Positions 60,307-64,000 of a DNA stretch of 64,000 nucleotides are shown here, one piece after another. Position numbers and translations under genes: made by a program. Positions within the stretch are counted from its first letter, which is position 1. The number at the start of each line of letters is the position of its first letter. Below the pieces are notes generated by a model. The model was not told where the DNA came from. It searched no databases and saw only the letters and a list, made by a program, of their open reading frames with translations. The DNA is from Gallionella sp. (GTDB lineage Bacteria; Pseudomonadota; Gammaproteobacteria; Burkholderiales; Gallionellaceae), in the NCBI GenBank assembly GCA_049684555.1, contig JBAVGB010000041.1, forward strand, positions 8,565 through 72,564, given 5' to 3'.

Positions 60307-60558
60307 CTAGTACAGCGGGGGTGATTTGTGCGGAATGTTGCCGGGTATCCAGTAGCAGACATAATCCGTTCCATCCTTGAACCCGCAACAGGTCAGCAAC
60401 TCCCGGCTCTGGCACATCGAATCCAGCGTTGTCTGGAGTTCAGCCAGTTCAAAGCCCGGCACCAGCAATGACTGCAGGTTCGTCAGTTTGACCGGCATCT
60501 GGCTGGAAGATCCGGCCAATGCATCGAGTATGTTTTCGCGTATTTCGGATTTGGACAT
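60307..60558 (-). CDS. Hypothetical protein (83 aa), possibly winged-helix-like
   Basis: An ORF with coding-like composition, on the same strand as its neighbours. I recognise no family. Confidence 0.45.
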   Translation of the reverse strand: MSKSEIRENILDALAGSSSQMPVKLTNLQSLLVPGFELAELQTTLDSMCQSRELLTCCGFKDGTDYVCYWIPGNIPHKSPPLY

Positions 60559-60743
60559 GCTCTTGTTTGCTTAAGTTCGCCATCAACATTCTCACGCCCA
60601 TGATACGCTGATGCAGCGGAAATTTCCGGGTTCAGTTGCGTACCGAAAGGCGGCCGACGGAAAATTTGTACGTTGCTTTCATCGGCTATATTTCGGAACG
60701 CATGGCGGTAGCATCTGCGCCGGGACAACCAATCGTCGATGGA

Positions 60744-61187
60744 CTAGGCGTGTTTTCCCTTCTTTGCGCCAGTCCTGGTCTTTGCACCTACCTTGGCATT
60801 GAATTTCTCCCTGTCGATCACGAAACGCTCATGCCGTCCCCTGGAGATCAGATCCACCCCGTCATGGGCCTGGACGGCGAATACCAGCCTTCTTCCGTCG
60901 ACCTCGACCAGCTCGACGGTTGCGGTCACCTCCAGGCCGGGCGGTGTCGGTGCCTCATGGCTGACGTCGATGTGCGTTCCGAGCGTCTGTTCCCGCGGCC
61001 AGTCTATATGGGGGTTGATTGCCATGATGCAGGCCCATTCGAGGAATCCCACCAGGAAGCCGGTCGCAAATACCTCCGGCATTGCGGTAAACTCATCCGA
61101 TTCCGGATAGAGCGCTGGGACCGTTTTCGATCGGGGAATGACGAATTTGTGCTCGTACCTGATACCCGGTTGCAATGTTTCCTTCAT
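60744..61187 (-). CDS. Hotdog-fold thioesterase (FlK/fluoroacetyl-CoA thioesterase-like family)
   Basis: Contains VPALYPES.EF.AMP.VFATGF.VG..EWAC and G.HERF. Confidence 0.8.
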   Translation of the reverse strand: MKETLQPGIRYEHKFVIPRSKTVPALYPESDEFTAMPEVFATGFLVGFLEWACIMAINPHIDWPREQTLGTHIDVSHEAPTPPGLEVTATVELVEVDGRRLVFAVQAHDGVDLISRGRHERFVIDREKFNAKVGAKTRTGAKKGKHA

Positions 61188-61214
61188 ACGCTACCTCCGC
61201 GATGCCGTAACTCG

Positions 61215-61514
61215 TTATTCCTTTGGCAACAGGTTTTCCGGTTCGATCGCGCTGCCGGTAACCGCCACCACCTTGTGACGCGATTGCCCGCCCTGTTTCA
61301 ATTCGGCGTTGCGCAGCGGGACACCGAACATTTCCGCGATGTATTTCAGCAGCGCATCGTTGGCGCGCCCCTCGACGGGCTGGGCGGCCAGCCTGATCTT
61401 GAGGGCCTCTCCGTGCAGGCCGACGATTTCGCTGCGCTTTGCACCCGGTTGAACATGCAGGGTGAGCATGATGGTTTCGCCGTTGCGGCGGTACCAGCTC
61501 GGCCCGGAGGACAT
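61215..61514 (-). CDS. yggU: DUF167 (YggU) family protein
   Basis: 99 aa (L.V.PGAK...I.G.HG..LK....A.P..G.AN..L). Conserved position after yggT. Confidence 0.88.
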   Translation of the reverse strand: MSSGPSWYRRNGETIMLTLHVQPGAKRSEIVGLHGEALKIRLAAQPVEGRANDALLKYIAEMFGVPLRNAELKQGGQSRHKVVAVTGSAIEPENLLPKE

Positions 61515-62084
61515 TTACAGCAATCGCGCCGCCAGGCTTTCCAGCATCGCGATCGGCACCAACAGGATGATCTGGCAAATCACCAACAGCAGCAGCGGCG
61601 ATAAATCGATGTTGCCGACCAGCGGCAGGATCCTTTGCAGCGGGCGCAGGAAACGGTAGGTGATGGCCGCAAGCAAGGGGGCCAGCGGCGTATAGGGATT
61701 GACCCAGGACAGGATCGCTTGCGCAATCAGCGCACTCATCAGCAGGTAGATGCTGATTTTGAGCAGCTTAACCGCGCTTAACACCAGCAATCCGAACAGC
61801 GGGAAATGCACGAACGGGTATCCGTCCAGCGACAGGGTCAGGCCCAGATAGGCGTACTCCACGAGCAATGCGAGCAGCAGGCTCGAGCTGTCCAGTCCCC
61901 ATACCGGCGGGATGAAACGGCGCGCGCGCAAAACCGCAAAATTGCTGATCGCCATGATGAATTCGCCGAGGGGATTGCGCATCGGGGCGCGCAGCCATTG
62001 CATCAGAAACCGGAACAGCAGCACGCCGGCAAATCCCTGCAAAAGGATATCCAGCAAAAATTGTATCGTCTGGATCAGCATCAT
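61515..62084 (-). CDS. yggT: YggT family membrane protein
   Basis: 189 aa with two YGGT repeats. The ATGATG start overlaps the proC stop. Confidence 0.88.
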   Translation of the reverse strand: MMLIQTIQFLLDILLQGFAGVLLFRFLMQWLRAPMRNPLGEFIMAISNFAVLRARRFIPPVWGLDSSSLLLALLVEYAYLGLTLSLDGYPFVHFPLFGLLVLSAVKLLKISIYLLMSALIAQAILSWVNPYTPLAPLLAAITYRFLRPLQRILPLVGNIDLSPLLLLVICQIILLVPIAMLESLAARLL

Positions 62085-62911
62085 GCCTTGCCCAGTTCAT
62101 CACCCATTTCGCGCGAGCGTGCGGCGGCAGCCTTGGCTGCCTCGATGATGTGCTGTTTCACGTGATTGGCTTCCATGCTCAACAGGGCTCGTTCGGTGGT
62201 GCCATTTTTCGAGGTGACGCGCGCGCGCAACGTGGCGGGATCTTCAGTACTTTCACGCGCCAGCTTGGCCGCGCCAAAGGCGGTTTCCAAAGCCAGTTTG
62301 CGCGCGGTTTGTTCCGGAAGGCCGAGTTCTTTCCCAGCCTGTTCGAGCGCCTCGATGAAATAGAAGAAGTAGGCCGGCCCGCTGCCGGATACCGCAGTGA
62401 CGGCATCCATCTCTTCTTCGCTATTGATCCAGACGAATGTTCCTGCCGCACGCATGACTTCTTCAACACGGTTGCGTTGATCTTCCTTCAAAGGCAGGAA
62501 GCTGTACAGCCCGGTAATGCCGGCCCCGATCAGAGCGGGCGTATTTGGCATGGCGCGCACCAATACAAAACCGGTACCCTGGTTTTGCAGCCACATCGCC
62601 AGATCCTTGAGGCGAATACCGGCTGCGATGGATAACACGATTTGCCCTGGCGCAAGCCATGAACCGAGCTGGACTGCAACCGCTTCCTGCATTTGCTGCG
62701 GCTTCACAGCCAGCACGACAATGTCACTTCCGGTGATGGCCTTCTCGTCCTGTTTGCCAAAAACGATGACTCCCAAAGATTCCAGCTGTTTGTGCCTGTC
62801 TGCATCGATTTCGATTACGCTAATTTCATCATGCTTGCATGTGCCGTTGCGCAGCAAGCCGCCTATCATGGCGCTTGCCATGTTGCCGCCGCCAATAAAT
62901 GTAATTTTCAT
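62081..62911 (-). CDS. proC: Pyrroline-5-carboxylate reductase
   Basis: Begins MKITFIGGGNMA, and the ATG at 62911 is preceded by AAGGA. The track ORF starts two codons earlier at a TTG (62917). Confidence 0.94.
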   Translation of the reverse strand: MKITFIGGGNMASAMIGGLLRNGTCKHDEISVIEIDADRHKQLESLGVIVFGKQDEKAITGSDIVVLAVKPQQMQEAVAVQLGSWLAPGQIVLSIAAGIRLKDLAMWLQNQGTGFVLVRAMPNTPALIGAGITGLYSFLPLKEDQRNRVEEVMRAAGTFVWINSEEEMDAVTAVSGSGPAYFFYFIEALEQAGKELGLPEQTARKLALETAFGAAKLARESTEDPATLRARVTSKNGTTERALLSMEANHVKQHIIEAAKAAAARSREMGDELGKA

Positions 62912-62929
62912 ATTCAAATCCTTAAATTT

Positions 62930-62987
62930 GCTACAGAGCGCATAGAGTAAAACCGATTTTCTCCGTGTGCTCTGTGATCTCTGTGGC
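62930..62987. repeat. REP-like inverted-repeat element, family R, copy c
   Basis: GCTACAGAGCGCATAGAG, 22 nt, then CTCTGTGATCTCTGTGGC. The right arm is identical to that of copy a and touches the yggS stop codon. Confidence 0.7.
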
Positions 62988-63676
62988 TATAGTTTTTGCC
63001 TTCCACCGAAAATCGCGGTGCCTATGCGCACTATAGTCGCGCCTTCCGCGATCGCCGCGGCAAAATCATGCGACATGCCCATCGATAAAGTGTCCAGCTG
63101 CAAACCCTGCCGGTTCAGGTCGTCGCGCAATTTGCGCAACTGTGCGAAGGGTGCGCGCTGCGCCGCGAAATCATCGCGGGGCGCGGGCACGGCCATCAAG
63201 CCGCGCAGTTTCAACCCGGGCAGTTTTGCGATGGCGTGTGCCAGCGCGCTTGCTTCACTCGGAAGCACGCCGCTTTTTGTGTCCTCGCGGCTGATGTTCA
63301 CCTGCAGGCAGACCTGCAACGGGGGCAAATGTGCCGGCCGTTGTTCTGACAGGCGTTCCGCGATCTTCAGCCTGTCCACGCTGTGCACCCAGGCGAAATT
63401 TTCCGCAATGGCACGGGTTTTGTTGCTCTGAACCGGTCCGATGTAATGCCACTCTATTGGAATCTCATGCAGCGAGAGAATCTTTTCCAAAGCCTCCCGC
63501 ACATAGCTTTCCGCAAAACAGGTCTGTCCGGCAGCGTATGCCTCGCGCAACATGCCCGGCGGGAAAGTCTTGCTGACCGCCAGCAGCATCACTTCGTCCG
63601 GGCGACGGCCCGCCTCGACAGCTGCCGCTGAAATCGCGTTGCGCACAGCTTGCAAGTTGGAAGCGATTGTTGTCAT
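62987..63676 (-). CDS. yggS: YggS family pyridoxal phosphate homeostasis protein
   Basis: Begins MTTIASNLQAVRNAISAAA......P..V.LLAVSKT. The start at 63676 matches the family N-terminus. Confidence 0.92.
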   Translation of the reverse strand: MTTIASNLQAVRNAISAAAVEAGRRPDEVMLLAVSKTFPPGMLREAYAAGQTCFAESYVREALEKILSLHEIPIEWHYIGPVQSNKTRAIAENFAWVHSVDRLKIAERLSEQRPAHLPPLQVCLQVNISREDTKSGVLPSEASALAHAIAKLPGLKLRGLMAVPAPRDDFAAQRAPFAQLRKLRDDLNRQGLQLDTLSMGMSHDFAAAIAEGATIVRIGTAIFGGRQKL

Positions 63677-63770
63677 AATCCCGTACGCAAATAAATCCGC
63701 AAAACATTCCAATTCGTGCGGCTCCGCGCCTTTCAGCGCGGGGCCGCCTCACCAAACCGGGACGATTATA

Positions 63771-64000
63771 ATGGATATCACCGAACTGCTTGCCTTTAGC
63801 GTCAAAAACAAGGCGTCCGACCTGCATCTTTCCGCCGGCCTGCCGCCGATGATCCGCGTGCATGGCGACATCCGCAGGATCAACCTGCCGGCGATGGAAC
63901 ACAAGGAAGTGCACGCCCTGGTTTATGACATCATGAACGACGGGCAACGCAAGGCTTATGAGGAGAACAAGGAAATCGACTTCTCCTTCGAGGTTCCGGG
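63771..64000 (+). CDS. pilT: Twitching motility ATPase PilT (N-terminal part; runs off window end)
   Basis: My manual translation gives MDITELLAFSVKNKASDLHLSAGLPPMIRVHGDIRRINLPAMEHKEV... The gene is divergent from yggS, as in many proteobacteria. Confidence 0.88.
   Translation, partial: MDITELLAFSVKNKASDLHLSAGLPPMIRVHGDIRRINLPAMEHKEVHALVYDIMNDGQRKAYEENKEIDFSFEVP

Overview
This is a GC-rich chromosomal segment with Betaproteobacteria-like gene order, and it is almost entirely core housekeeping. Recognisable loci, in order: a truncated Zn-ADH, tRNA-Phe, groES-groEL, bioA-dacB, and three tandem small outer-membrane beta-barrel genes. Next come ubiD with two lipid A late acyltransferases, then an activated-methyl-cycle locus (metK, SAH riboswitch-ahcY, metF), then ttcA. 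After these: cca, slt, hemF, tsaC, purD, purH, fis-dusB, a ubiH-family gene, dsbC, mltA-apaG and ilvA. The last stretch holds aceE-aceF, nadD-rsfS-rlmH-maf-rng, and yggU-yggT-proC-yggS next to the start of pilT. I found no rRNA, CRISPR array, integrase, transposase, prophage or recognisable defence system. The stretches that are not plainly core are: (i) a visibly AT-richer stretch at about 26.4-31.3 kb. It holds orphan membrane proteins and a MarR divergon with a DsrC/TusE-like protein that lacks the catalytic terminal cysteine, next to a TDT (TehA/Ssu1-type) transporter. (ii) A signalling pair: a LOV-like PAS-GGDEF protein whose photoactive Cys is Tyr, and an MCP with an apparently cytoplasmic Cache-like sensor. 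(iii) A cNMP-binding/DUF1003 cluster at 58.2-60.6 kb with small uncharacterised ORFs, one below the 60-aa ORF-track cutoff. (iv) Three distinct families of short interspersed intergenic repeats, one showing compensatory stem changes and one flanked by a 7-bp direct duplication. No multi-gene system of clearly novel type is visible; the MarR/DsrC-like module and the repeat families are the best leads. Many long ORFs in the track are antisense or out-of-frame shadows of real genes, as expected in GC-rich DNA.
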